Shown here piece by piece: positions 22,072 to 33,874 of a stretch of 60,000 nucleotides of DNA. Below the pieces are notes generated by a model. The model worked only from the letters and a program-made list of their open reading frames with translations, was not told the DNA's origin and ran no database searches. Numbering within the stretch: position 1 is the stretch's first letter; each line of letters starts with the position of its first letter. Source of the DNA: Vicugna vicugna (Eukaryota); NCBI GenBank assembly GCA_013265495.1, contig MU057887.1:1439985-1499984 (forward strand), read 5' to 3'. A program made the translations under genes and the position numbers.

Positions 22072-22290
22072 GTGGGGTGGCCAGTCTCCAAAGATGGCCT
22101 CCAACGTGCCACGCCTCCTGGTGTTCCCGTCCTGCTACAGTCTGTCCCCAGCTGAGTCGGAATTGGTCCCCACTCCCTAATTAACCCACAGAAGTGACAC
22201 TGTGACAGTGCCAGACCTAAGCCTTAAGAAGACCTGGCAGTTCTGGCCCTCGCATCCTTGGAAGCCTGCTGCCACCTGAGAAGGCTGCCC
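22072..22290 (+). mobile_element. MaLR LTR fragment (MLT1F/G-like)
   Basis: ccaaagatggcctccaac...cctcctggtgttc...cagaagtgacactgtgac...cctaagccttaagaagacctggcagttctg. Confidence 0.6.
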
Positions 22291-23329
22291 ATCCCTAGGG
22301 CTCTTCCTACCACCAACAGCCACGGCACCCCTGGGGACCCCCCAACACATACGCACCAGCATCCCTACCCCGCCTTCTCCTGTGCATCTCTGCTGGCTGT
22401 CCTCCAAAGCGTCCGCAAGGCCCCCAGGAAGGCGGTGCTGCTGTGGGCTTTGGATCTTGGAAGCAGGCGTTCCTCCCGTGAGTGTGGTACCCCATCCCAG
22501 GGGTTAGCCACAAAAATGGGCACCCCGTTCTCTCTAATACCCACTCAGAGGCGAGGTGGCCGCCACAGCAGCAGCTGCGGTTACAACACCCGGATCGCAC
22601 TGACGAGTTGACTTGACCCCGGCAGTGCGGTGATCAGACTTTAAATGCCACACTTTGTCGGGTTCTGGACGGATGTCTACAGACGTGACTATGTTGCACT
22701 GCTGAGCTCAGAGGAACGTCCCCCTGCTTCCAAACAAGAGAGAAACAGACAAGAGAAGCGGCTGGAACCAGGTAGCAGATAATAAGCCTCTTCCCCGAGC
22801 GCGTGTGACAGACAAGGACTGCGGCATGGCAGCGAGATGGGTGGTGAGGCGAGAGGGGGATCCTGAGACTCCTATATCCCACTGAGATCCTCAGAGGGGG
22901 TGACTCCACTGTGACAGAGTGGTCCCCACTAAATCTCCCTGCCAGCAAATGACGCCCCCTGGAAAATCTGATTTCCTGTTTCAGGGGCTCCGGTAGCAAA
23001 TATTTAATAACAATGATAATTTCCCTTGAGGATTTGCAACCATAGGCCTGCTCTCACGCAGAGCTGGTGTGAGCTGACAGCTCCTCCCACAGCCCTTGGC
23101 CGAACCCTGAGGCTGGGAGTCCCGACACCAACATGACCCATGGGGTAAGACCTCCTCATATGCAGGAAATCGTAAGGAAGAAATTAGGTGACAACAATCC
23201 CAGATTGGGAATACACCCTTGTGACTGGCAGAAGCGAACAAAAACCTTTTCTAGAGGAAAGCTCCCCCATTTAGGTCTTTAGGGTGCCTGAAGCCGAGTC
23301 AAACATGAGCTCACTATAAAAAAACAACG

Positions 23330-23690
23330 AAACATGAGGAAACAAGGCATCGTGAGGCAAGAGTCAGCGGAAATAACAAAGATTTAGGTACCCTCCCCCA
23401 AACTTCAGATATTTGCATGTTTGAAATAGATGAAGCAATAAAAGGTGGAATAAGATTTTTTTTAACGAACAAGAGTCTATTTAAAAAGACTGTGCAGATT
23501 TGAAACACAATCAAATATCACTTTTGCAAATGAAAATAAAGAGTCGAAACTTTCAACTCCATGAATTGAACAGCTGAAGAGAGAATCAGTGAATTGGAAC
23601 ACAGAGCTGAAGAAATTTCCCAGGAGGCCAGAACAGAACGAGAGACACTTTCATGTGTCTAATTCGAATTCCAACATTGCAGGATGAAGA
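23330..23690 (+). mobile_element. Ancient L1 ORF1-region fragment
   Basis: A-rich; acagctgaagagagaatcagtgaattggaa...gctgaagaaatttcccag resembles decayed L1 ORF1 coiled-coil sequence. Confidence 0.55.
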
Positions 23691-23909
23691 GGTACTAGCT
23701 GGAGGAGGTGGTGGAGGTGGAGTGGGCTGTTCTAGGCAGAGGCAACAGCACATGCTGAGGTCCTGAGATCCCACCCAAAGCCAGTGCAATGTAACTCCTG
23801 CTCAGCTGCTGGCCTTGTGCAGGGCAACGCTGGGCACAGACGCCTCGGACGCTGTCCCCGCCGGAGCACCGGGCAGCCTGGCGGGGAGCCAGCTGCAGTG
23901 AGGCAGACG

Positions 23910-24320
23910 GCTGTGCTGCTGCCACCTGTCCAGCTCCATTTCCTCTTAGACGGCTAACTGCACCCCTTCTCCCCTCCCACTCTCAGGCCGCGTGATCCAG
24001 GTAGAGCTAACTTCAGTCCTTCATGCTTCAGGGGTGGATGTATGACCCTGGCCAGGTCAATCATAGCCAGAGAGGCTCCGTTTTGAAACTTCTGTTAAAA
24101 AAATGGGCAAAGGAAATCTCTGGCTCTGCCAGGACTGGTGACCAGGAAAATGTTGGCCTGAGACCCCCATGAGATGGAGCCAAAACAAAAAGAGGCAGAA
24201 CCCTTTGAGCCCTGGACCCAGCTGTGCCTGAAGGACACCCTGAACTTGGCGGTGACACACATTAGTACATTTCCTTTTCTCCTTGATTGGTCTGACTCAG
24301 TTTTCTAACATGTGTAGAGC
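23910..24320 (+). mobile_element. MaLR LTR (MLT1J/K-like)
   Basis: tttgagccctggacccagctgtgcctgaag...acatttccttt...cagttttct, a typical MLT1 3' half. Confidence 0.55.
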
Positions 24321-24979
24321 CTCACTCCATCCACGTCGCAGAGGGAAGCCCGGGACTGGAGATCCCATGGATACCGCTGGCCCAGCCCAACAGCCGGGCT
24401 AGGCTATGGCGCTGTGTCATGGTTAGCTGGGGGCAGATGGCTGTGCCTGGGCAGGCTGGCGCAGGCGTTGGCTGTCTTCCTGGGAGTCAGTGCAGCTCAC
24501 TGGCTCCTGGGCACGATCGCTGCCCAGGCAAGCCCTGGGCTGTCAGGTTGGCTCTCAGCAGCGCCCTATGATAGCCTTGGGCCTTGGAGGTTCTGGAGGC
24601 CTGAAGAGGGGATAACGCCTCAGAAGCACTGCCTGGAAGCAGGGGGCAGGCCAGGCCCCTGGAGGTCCTACCTCAAGGGTCATGTTGGTGTCAGGACTCC
24701 CAGCCTCAGGGTTCGGCCGAAGGATGTGAGAGGAGCAATCCGCCCACATCTGTCCCTCCCCAGCCTCCAGCGTGGCCAGTTCCTCGAACAGCCCATGGGG
24801 ACAATGCCTGTCGAGTGCAACATGCAATTTGGTTGGTGTTGCCCAACCAAATGGATTTAAGGGTCCACTCTCAGATCTACAATGAAGTCATTTCAGATCC
24901 TTGGTCCCAGCCAACTTAGCACCCATCTACGTTCAGACTTCAGCAGCTCAATCAGCCAATCAGCGGGCTGCACGTGCTT

Positions 24980-25260
24980 TGTGCCTATCACTGCCAGCCC
25001 AGGCCTCTATGCCCAGCTTAAATACCCCCTCCTCCCAGGAGCCTTCCCTGACCACCCCAGGCGGAAGTGCTCCACCCTGCCTCTCCAGTCCCTTTGAACC
25101 CAGGGCCCCTCACAGATTGCCAGTCCCAGACTATCATGGGAGGCAGTTACTTGTGCATATGGTGTATTTTCCTCTGGTTCTTCTCTGCCAACCCAGGGGC
25201 TAGCCAGGACCTGGCAAGTACACCTGGTGGGTAAATGTTTGCTGAATGAATAATGAATAG
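24980..25260 (+). mobile_element. L2 3' end
   Basis: cctcctcccaggagccttccctgacc...cccaggggctagccaggacctggca...taaatgtttgctgaatgaataatgaat. Confidence 0.7.
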
Positions 25261-25309
25261 TTGGGTAAAATTTTGAGCGTTCAGTCCCACTGCAGTAACC
25301 ATATGCCAT

Positions 25310-25500
25310 GATCACGTATGTTTTAAATGCTTTTATACGTACAAACTCACTGAGTCCTCATAATAACCCTTGGTGGTATCTTCTCAGGCACAGAGAGGCT
25401 CAGTAACTTGTCCAGAGTCACACAGCCTATATGCAGCAGAGCCAGGACTCAAGCCCAGGTGGTCCCTCTCCAGAGTCTGTGCTCTTAGCCCGAGGACCAC
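25310..25500 (-). mobile_element. MIR
   Basis: aggcacagagaggctcagtaacttgtccagagtcacacagc...gcagagccaggactcaagcccagg. Confidence 0.75.
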
Positions 25501-27671
25501 TGCACGCCATCAATCCAACTGTGCAGCGAGGGCACTGAAGACCTGGGAGGCCAAGCAACCCTCCTGCCTCCTGGTTTGGCTCTTTCTTCCTTCAAACGGA
25601 GCCCCAGGTCCTCGGGACTCAAAGGTTGCTCACCTGTTCACCCGGTGAGCTTCTCTAGCAGCTGCAAGCAAGCTCTGTCCCCACAGAGGCAGAGCTGAGC
25701 AGGCCCTTCCTCCCTTTTCTTGATGACGGTTTTGCCCGTGGGCACCCTGTGCACAAAGGGGCGGCTGAGTTCGTGGTCTGTGGGTGTGTTCAGGGCATGT
25801 TGGCTGATGGGTTCAGCCTCTGCGTGCAGGGAGAGCTGCTGGATAGAGACCGGTTGGGCGCGGCCCTGGGCCTCCTGACCAGGGAGTGAGTGGAGGAGGC
25901 TCAGGCTGCACCCTGGCACTGGTAGAGCCAAGAGAGCCCTCCACCCGCAGGGAGGGGTGTGTGGGGCGGGGCTCCAGGGGGCCTGGGGGCCTGTTCAGGG
26001 CCCTCTGCGCTGCCCGACTGCTCTTTCCCTCCTGGGGACTCCCTGACCGCCAGGCCGCCCAGGGTCCTGCGGGAGAAATTGCTTCCATCCTCTCTGCTGG
26101 TGAAGCTGTGGGCCACCACGTCTGTCACCACGTGACCATGCCTGGGCAGTCACGTGTCCCCTAGGTGGCACTCCATAGGCCTGCCCAGGACCAATAGCTG
26201 ACAGCAGGAAGTGCGAAGCTGACCAGTCAGATTCACCCCCTCAGTCCCATCTTAGGAAAAGGGGTGGGAAGGGGAGAGGGAGGGGGAGAGGCGGCAGGGC
26301 AGGGAGGGGGTTCCTGGAGGCCTGAGGGTCAGAGGGAGGCCCTGGGGCCTGGAGGTCCTGGGGGGCCTGGGAGAGCCCCGGGGGCTTGGAGGACTTGGTG
26401 GGACCGGTAGACCCTGGTGACATTTGGGGTGACTTCAGGAGCCCTGGGAGGCCACGGGAGCCTTGAGGGATCATGGGAGAATCTTTGGTGCCTTGGGGGG
26501 CCCGGGGATTTGGGGGGAACTTTGCGGGGTTTCTGAAGGCATGGGGATCTTCGGGAACCCTGGGGGGCCTGGTGGGTCTTGGACAACCCTGGGAAATCTG
26601 TGGGACCTTAGGGGGCAGTGTGAGGGTTTTGAGGGAAATTCACAGGCCTGGAGGTTTTGGGAAGCACAGGACCTTGAGGGCCTGGGAAGAGTGACAAAGC
26701 CCCAGGGTCAAGGTCGTGCTGGCAGCCGCGGCCCGGGCACGTCACCTCGCCTGGGAGCCCTGGCCCCTCTGAGTTGTGGGAGGGTCGCAGGCCCACCCGA
26801 GTCCTGTCAGGGTGAAATGGCCCAGGTGACAGCCCGTTCCACTCGGTGCCCTTGCCTCTGCTCCACGCCGCCCCCGCCCAGACTCACTGCTGACACTGAG
26901 GCCTGTCCAGACGCTTTCCTGGGGAGGTGGCGTGGCAACAGCCCCGTCACACATCCCACCACGGGCGGTGTCCCCTTGTCCACTGGCGACCAGGTGAGGG
27001 GGAGGGTCCCTGAATTAACTCTGATTCCCTCTCCGGGGCTGTGGAGGCTTTCCGGCTGGGGGGTGATGTGGCCAGCAGGGGCTGGTCCTTCAGGGGCCGG
27101 CACTGGCTGCGAGGGGCTGACGTGGCCAGGACCTTGGTGGTGACTGGACGGTGGGGGCAGGCGGAGCTGAGCAGGACTGACAGGAGCCTGGGGCCGTGCT
27201 GCCCAGTCTCTCTGCTGGAAGCGAGCCGAGTGGGGCTGGTGTCAGCTGGGTCCCCAGTGCCCAGCACAAGGCCTGCAACCCAAGGGCCCTGTTCTCAGAC
27301 ACACAGAACCAGGAGGCCAGAGGAGGCGGGCTGCTGGCCCCAGGGGCTGCACTTGAACCTGTGTGAGTAGGATGGGTTGGCTGCCTCTGGGGGGCACAAG
27401 GAACACTTTGAGGAGGGCCACTATCTTTGGGGGGTTATGGCTTCTACACTAATGAGCCCCCCTGGGGCAGGCTGCACCTCCAGTCTCCTCTCAGGTCCTC
27501 CCCCAAGTCTTCCTTCTGCAGGCAGGGTGAGGGGTCAGAGCCCCGCAGCTGGTGAGGACAGAGTGACTTTCCTACTCTGACCACGGACGGCACAGGTGGC
27601 AGGAAGTCCAGACGGGGCCAAAGAGAGAGCCTGCTGGGTCTGAGCTGACCTACACGTGTGACCCTGTGTCC

Positions 27672-27975
27672 TTTTTTTTTTCAAATGACATATAGTCAGT
27701 TACAATGTATCAAGTTCTGGCGCACAGCGTCACGTTTCAGTCGTACACATACACACATGTATTCCTTTTCATATTCTTCTTCATTTTAGGTTACTGCAAG
27801 CTATTGAATATGGTTCCCTGTGCTGCACAGAAGACATTTTTTTAAATCTATTTTATATATAGTAATTAATATCTGCAAATCTCGAACTCCCAATTTATCC
27901 CTTCCCACCCGCTTCCCCCCCCCCCCCGCAGCCAAAAGTTTGTTCTCTATGTCTGTGAGTCTATTTCTGTTTTGT
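27672..27975 (-). mobile_element. Lineage-specific (artiodactyl/camelid-type) L1 3' end
   Basis: poly-T, tatagtcagttacaatg...tattgaatatggttccctgtgctg...atctgcaaatctcgaactcccaatttatccc...tgttctctatgtctgtgagtct; related copies at 31016 and 59530. Confidence 0.85.
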
Positions 27976-28145
27976 CGCTACATTTAACTAACCTTTTAAC
28001 ATGAAAAACAACAAACACAGACACAGGAGCGAGGGTGGTGTAGCCAACCCCACTCCAACAACGGCCAGTCCTGTTGTTAATAAACCACCACTGCTGATTT
28101 CTGGATTTTTAAGGAGCAAATTCCAGATACCATGTCATTCCATCC

Positions 28146-28777
28146 TGATGAAATAAAATCCATCTTTTACGGCAAGATGAGAAAAATTGAAACATGAAAT
28201 CTTCCTTCGCCCGTTCGGGCCTCCGCCCTCCGCTGCAGCGTGGCCAGACCTCCTTAGGAGATAACATTCCTTCTTAATCTCATCAAGGCTCACAGCTCCT
28301 CAGGAGATAAGCTCCCTTAATCTTGTAAGAGGCCACAGTGACCCATGACCCCCTGCTCCCTTTGTATGTGGAGGTCTGGATTGTATAAACTGTCAATAAC
28401 ATATCAATTGAGGGACATAACCCTGTGCCTCCAAATCTCACACAGCTGGGCAGGGCGGGTGGCGGAGGGCACAGCTCAGAGGCCAAGCATTAGCGTAGCA
28501 CGCACGAGGTCCCCGGACCCTCCGTTAAAATATAGAAATAAGTAGATAAATAAACCTAATTAACACCCCCCTCCCCAAAACACACACACACACACACACA
28601 CACAAAAACCAAAAACTTACATAACTGTGCTTTGACCTCTAACAGGCGGAACTGTCCTCAGCTTTCTGGAAGACTGTCTCCCAGGTGATAATCCTCAGGT
28701 TGGCCCAAATAAAGTTTTCAAATTAAAATAAATTAAAATAAAACAGATAGACTATTGTTTAATATTTTCCATGGACA
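28146..28777 (+). mobile_element. Solo ERV LTR (ERV1-like, 4-bp TSD) containing a SINE
   Basis: TG...CA ends (tgatg...ggaca), TSD ATCC/ATCT, aataaa near 28708; 3' part resembles the LTR at 34958. Confidence 0.7.
28461..28615 (+). mobile_element. Degenerate tRNA-Ala-derived SINE with (AC)n tail
   Basis: ggagggcacagctcagagg...gcacgcacgaggtcc...ctccgttaaaa...ataaataaacctaatt...cccc, with an internal deletion of the B box. Confidence 0.75.
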
Positions 28778-28935
28778 ATCTGTAAGCCGTTGAGTATGCA
28801 GCTCTAGAAGACAAGGGTTCCTTTCTTAATACGTAATCACAGTGCGATACTTGCACCCAAAATGCGGGTGTAACCGCTTAATGTCAGTCACACGTGGGCA
28901 GCCCTTCCATTTCCCCAGCTGCCTCCTGTCTGTCT

Positions 28936-29050
28936 TTTTTGGGGGCGGTAACTAGGTTTATTTACTTATGTTAATAGAGGTGCTGGGGATCGCACCCAGG
29001 ACCTCGTGCCTGCCAGGCACGTGCTCTGCCCCAGCCAGACCCTCACCCCC
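28936..29050 (-). mobile_element. tRNA-Ala-derived SINE, antisense
   Basis: tttttgggggcggtaactaggtttatt...gaggtgctggggatcgcacccaggacctcgtgc is the reverse complement of the SINE. Confidence 0.8.
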
Positions 29051-29228
29051 GCCTCCGCCCAGTCTCTTTCAGCCTATGCATTCCCTCTCCATCTCCGTTT
29101 GTCCAGACTTTGTTTTTAAGAACCTGGGCCCCATATTCTAGAAGCTTCCCACAGTTGACCTTTGCCGGCTGCAGGCCTGTGGTGATGCTGACCCCCCGTG
29201 TTCTGTCCGTTGGTTGCTTGTTCCGAAG

Positions 29229-29425
29229 CCGTGCTGACCACCAGAACTTCTCCAATGACGGAATGTTCTCGACTCACGAGGGTCGATGCCGTGGGCGCTG
29301 GTCCCCCGTGGCTGCAGTGTTTGGATTGTGGCTGGTTCAGCCCAGGAACTGAATTCTTCATCTCCCTTAATTTCAGTTTAAAGGCACACAGTCATGTGGG
29401 GGTAGTGGCCACCCTATTGGGCAAA
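29229..29425 (+). mobile_element. MER3-like hAT-Charlie DNA transposon fossil
   Basis: gtgctgaccaccagaacttctccaatgacggaatgttct...aggaactgaattc...catgtgggggtagtggccaccctattggg. Confidence 0.65.
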
Positions 29426-29650
29426 TCTAGAGGCTTGATCAGATTCTGCTCAATGCTTTCTGACGCGACAACTTTGTGGGTGGCGGTGAGCCTTCCGTTA
29501 GGAGCTGCGGTCACGTCAGGTGTCTCCTTTTTGGTGGGTTAGGGTCCGGGAGCGCTCCAGCCTGTAGGAGGCGCAAAACGGTGACATTCAAATCCTAGCT
29601 CTGCTTCTCCATTCCTAGGCTGAAATTCTGTAAAAGGGAACTTCCTTCAC

Positions 29651-29670
29651 AGGGTTAGGGTTAGGGTTAG
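29651..29670 (+). repeat. Short interstitial telomeric repeat, ~3.3 x TTAGGG
   Basis: agggttagggttagggttag. Confidence 0.85.
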
Positions 29671-29689
29671 CCTATTTATTTCATTTCAT

Positions 29690-30930
29690 TGTTTGCTTCT
29701 AGGAGTAAAAAAAATAACTTTGTTTTACTCTTTAATCTCCCAAACAAGAGATTTTCAAAGAAGTACTTTCTACCCTGGTACTTCTTCCCTCTCAGAGGTA
29801 ACTTCCCATTTTTAAATGAGCTATCCTTTAATTTTTTTTAAGAATATGAAAATGTTATTTGTATCCCTCATTTATTTTTAGATGAATGAGTTTCTTTCCC
29901 TAGGTGCCTTGTTTTGTTTACTCTCTTTTCATTCTATCTTCACGTATATTGTAGTCAGTACTTTACATTAACACCTTTGTATAATACCCCTGGCCCACCG
30001 TCTTCCTCCCTCCCTCCCTCTTTGTTCACATCTTCCCTGTTCCCCAGCAAGAGCAACAATGAAATTAGCTGGTGACCCTTCACTCCTTCTCCCAGTGTCT
30101 GATGTGAAGTCACATTTTTTACATCCGGTTAACACCGCGGAGGTGAGCGGCCCCCTGATCCTTCTCCTCCCACACTGTCCCGTCCTTCCCCCAGGGCCTC
30201 CACATCCCCTCGTTGGATTACACTTAATTCCAAGGGTAAATGGTACCTGGGGTCAGCATCAGGGCGATTCTCACTGCCTCTCCATCATTCCCGTTTCCTG
30301 AGCGTCTTCCTTCAGTAGATGACTTCGTGACGGCTCGTGGAAGCAGCTACCCTGCGCGAGAACAGTTTCTCTGCAGCCTACGCTTTAGGGCCGTGTCCGC
30401 GGGATGCCATATCCTGGGCGCACGTTCTTCCCTCGAAAGCATGGACCAGTCACCAGTCCAGTGTTGATCTGATGTTCTTTCCTCGTAAGAGACACACTTT
30501 TTTTTTAACCTGGGTGTCCAAAGGATTTTCTTTTCTTTTCTTTAAAGTTTAGTCATTTGGGTCAGTATTTCCAGAATGGGATGTGTTCTTTCAACATGCA
30601 ATTCAAGGTTATTCACTTTCTACATTTCAGGACCCGTTTCTTGAATTCTAGCCTTGGTATTTGCTCTGGGCCATGATCTGGTTTTCTCCTCCAACCTAAT
30701 TAGTTCTCTCTTCATTTCCCAGAATTATTTTTTCTTTTTATTTCTAATTTTCCCCCAAGCTCTTCAATTCTCAAATTTTCTTTTCCTCGTATCATTTATT
30801 TTCTGATTTTTAAAATTCTGAATTATGCTGTCCTTTCATGACTTCTACCATTTTTCTTAACTTGGGGACCTCATTTTGAAACCCCAGGCTCGAGTTTTCA
30901 TCTGCTCGTGGGCACGTCTTTCTGCTGCAC
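29690..30930 (-). mobile_element. Ancient, T-rich antisense L1 fragments
   Basis: Long T-rich, GC-poor block contrasting with its flanks; subfamily not assignable by eye. Confidence 0.45.
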
Positions 30931-30949
30931 TTTCCTGTCCTACCCTGTG

Positions 30950-31335
30950 CTGCCCAGCACCGTGTGGTCCTAGCCGGGTTTGGCTATTTACATCTGACTT
31001 GATTAAAATGAAATGTGGGACTTCAGGATTTGCAGATACAAACTACTATACATGCAAGAGATAAACAACAAGGCACTACTGCAGAGCACAGGGAACTCTA
31101 TTCAATACCTTGTAACAGCCTATGCTGAAAAAGAATATATGTGTATAACTGAATGACTATGCTGTCCACCAGAATCTAACACAACACTGTAAACTGACTA
31201 CACCTCAATTAAAAGATGAAATGCAGCTATAAACTCAGCTGCCCACTCGCACCAGGCACATGTGTGGCTACTGCATTGGGCTACACAGAGACAGGGGATT
31301 TCCATTATTCTGGAAAGTTCTGTTGGGCAGAGCTG
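30950..31335 (-). mobile_element. MER3/MER33-like DNA transposon fossil split by an L1 tail
   Basis: tggctatttacatc...ttaaaatgaaatg [L1] aagatgaaatg...cacatgtgtggctactgcattggg...atttccattattctggaaagttctgttgggcagagctg. Confidence 0.6.
31016..31212 (+). mobile_element. 5'-truncated L1 3' end with ~11-bp TSD
   Basis: ggatttgcagatacaaactac...agcacagggaactctattcaatacc...acaacactgtaaactgactacacctcaattaaaa; TSD aaaatgaaatg (31005-31015) / aagatgaaatg (31213-31223). Confidence 0.8.
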
Positions 31336-33490
31336 ATCCACAGGATCATAACTCTCTGCTTTGCTATTTTTCTTTAGTAACTTTGGGTCGCTGTGACCCT
31401 CCTCTGAGAAGTCCCCAGCCCCCAGGATGTGGCAGGTGCTCCCTCTGCTCCCCTGGCTCCACTGACACTCGGACTGGTGGCTCAGGCACCGGTCTCCCTC
31501 CCCAGCGAGAAGGTCTAGGAGGACCAGGGCTGCATGGCTGCGGAGTGAGGGATGAGAAGGAAGGAGGGCTGGCCACCACCCTGCAAAGCAGAGAAACCAA
31601 GGCACAGAGAGGTGGAGGGAGTTGCCAGGGTTACACAGCAGGCAAGACCCAGAGCCTAGATCCAGGCTGGCAAACCCAGTCTCCTCCCCAAGGGGACAGA
31701 AGGCAGGGCTCCCAAGGAGGGAGACCCTGCCCACGTGGCCCTAAGTGGTGCTCAAACCCGCAGGCTGGGCGAGGACTGAGCAGGGGGTGGGGGATGGCTC
31801 CTGCACTTCCATCCATGGCCACGAGGCGGCGCACACTGTCAGGTTCAGAAGGCAGGACCCCACATTTGTGCAGCAAGCTCCTATACCAGGCCAGCAGGCC
31901 AGCAGGCTGGGGGTCCACGCTCTGCCGCGTCACGCGTGCCTGGCTCAATTCTGCTGAGACGCCATGTAGTCCATCAGGACCACCCTCTGCCGGGAACCCA
32001 GTCCCCCCACGGGCATTTTAAAGTCAAGGAAGTATGTGAATTATGTTTCTGGGCGTCGTTTGGTCACGATTAACACTGCGTTTGCTGAGGGCCTGCTATG
32101 CGTAAGGCCATCCCCGGTACCGGAGCATAAACATGAGCAGACTTACTCAGAATACAAGGAACTCTCAGAACCCCGGCCCTGGACGGGCAGGCAGGCACTG
32201 CACATCCTGGTCCAGACCCCACTCAGAGGCCTCACACGCCCTTGGCCTCCCCTGTTGGCTGCTGCAGGCCTGCTCAGTGGAGACCACGTGCGTACAGAAC
32301 ACATCCTTGGCCTGGGGATGAGCATTTCATGTCTTCACTTTGCAGACAGGAAACCAAGGCTTAGCAGCGGGTTAGGTGGTGCGTTCAATGACACACAGCC
32401 AGCAAGAGCTGGCCCAGCCGTGCCCTCCAGAGGCAAAGAGCATGTGCAGGTGGTCCCACCTGTCCCTGCCACAAGCCCTGAGTGGCAGCAGCCACAGTGT
32501 GGGGGTGGGGCTCTATTCCCCACGGCCACCCCCATCTGTGATCTGGACAGTGGACCAGTCCGTGGCTGGGGAACGGGCTCCATAAAAGCTGCTGGTACCC
32601 TCCCTGCCCCCACCACCTGCTTGTCACTCTGAGGTCCTCCGGTCAATACATTCTGGAAGCCTCCTGGAGCCAGAAGACTTTCTCTACCAAAAGCACCTAT
32701 GGGATCCTGTGGCCCCTGCTCAAAGCCCTCCCAGGGCTCCCTGCTGCTCCTGGGATTAGCCTGAGCTTGGCGGGCTGTCCTCCTGCTCTTCCAGCTAAGC
32801 AGAACACGCGGGGCTCTCTCCCCCAGGCCTGAGTCCCTGCTCCCGCTTCCAGCCACTCAGGACCCAGGCTCCACCCCCACCCCCGTCATCCTTCTGAGGA
32901 AAGGGGCCGCTCAGTGCCAGGCGCTGCCGATTCCGGGACAGGTGACTCAGGCAAGGACCTGCACTCTGGACCTGGCAGGCCCTGGGCTTGGGGTCCCATT
33001 CTCCCAGTCCTTGTTGCCCTGGGCAGGCGCCTGAGCCCCCAGTGTCCTCGTCCTCTGCGACATGGGGCTGTGTACAGGTGGAAGGAGGGCCAATGTCAGT
33101 TCCACGACCCTGGGGCTCCACTGGGAGCTGGGCGGGTCACAGAGGGCGAGGGGGGACCTGACCTCTGCAGCCCATCTTTCATTTGGCCACTGACACTCCG
33201 GCTTCTGCTTGTCAGGTGGGTCCAGACCTTTCCCCTCCAGATGCTCTTTGGGACTCTAAGGCAGGGAGACAGGCGTCTGAGGGTCCAGCCGCCCCGGGGT
33301 GTGTGCACGCTCCAGGCCACCTTCCCAGAGCCAGCACCCCGGCTGGGAATTTGCCCTCCCGCACAGCCCTGCCCCAACTGCTCCCCTGTGTCCGGCTCAG
33401 CTTCAAGTACTGGGGTGGGGAGCCAGGGGTGGGCTTGCCACTCCCTCAGTGTGGCCCTGAGGGCTGGGGGCTGCCCTGAGCCCATGTCCT

Positions 33491-33874
33491 TGCAGCAGTC
33501 CGCAAGGTCTGGCGTAACCAATACCACAGAAGGGGCAGCTTGAACAGCAGAGATTTATTTCCTCACGGTCCAGAGGCTGGAGGTCAAAGATCAAAGCGTG
33601 GGCAGGGCTGGCTCCTCCTGAGCCTCTCTCCTTGGTGTGTAGACAGCCATCTTCTCCCTGTGGCTTCACGTGGTCGCCCCTCCACGTGTGTGTCTGAGTC
33701 CAGGTCTCCCCTTCTTACCAGGACCCTGGTCCTGTGGGATTAGGTCACACTCCAATGAACTTGGCTTAACTGTCACCTCTTTAAAGGCCCTGTCACCGCA
33801 TAAAGCAACATTCTGGGATATTGGGGGCTGAGTTCAACATACGAGTTTTGGGGGACAGAGTTCAGCCTGTAACA
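33491..33874 (-). mobile_element. MaLR LTR (MLT1A/B-like); duplicate at ~36916-37299
   Basis: aaccaataccacaga...agatttatttcctcacggtccagaggctggaggtcaaagatcaa...ttcaacatacgagttttgggggacagagttcagcctgtaaca. Confidence 0.8.

Larger units (their letters stand above)
27980..29200 (-). mobile_element. Ancient L1MC-like 3' end, host of the LTR and SINE insertions
   Basis: gagcaaattccagataccatgtcattccatcc resumes after the LTR as atctgtaagccgttgagtatgcagctctagaagacaagg... Confidence 0.6.

Noticed and set aside
26329..26586. Collagen-like GPPGPPGP peptide on the minus strand
   Set aside because: Short by-product of G-skewed low-complexity DNA; no sustained Gly-X-Y register or exon structure.
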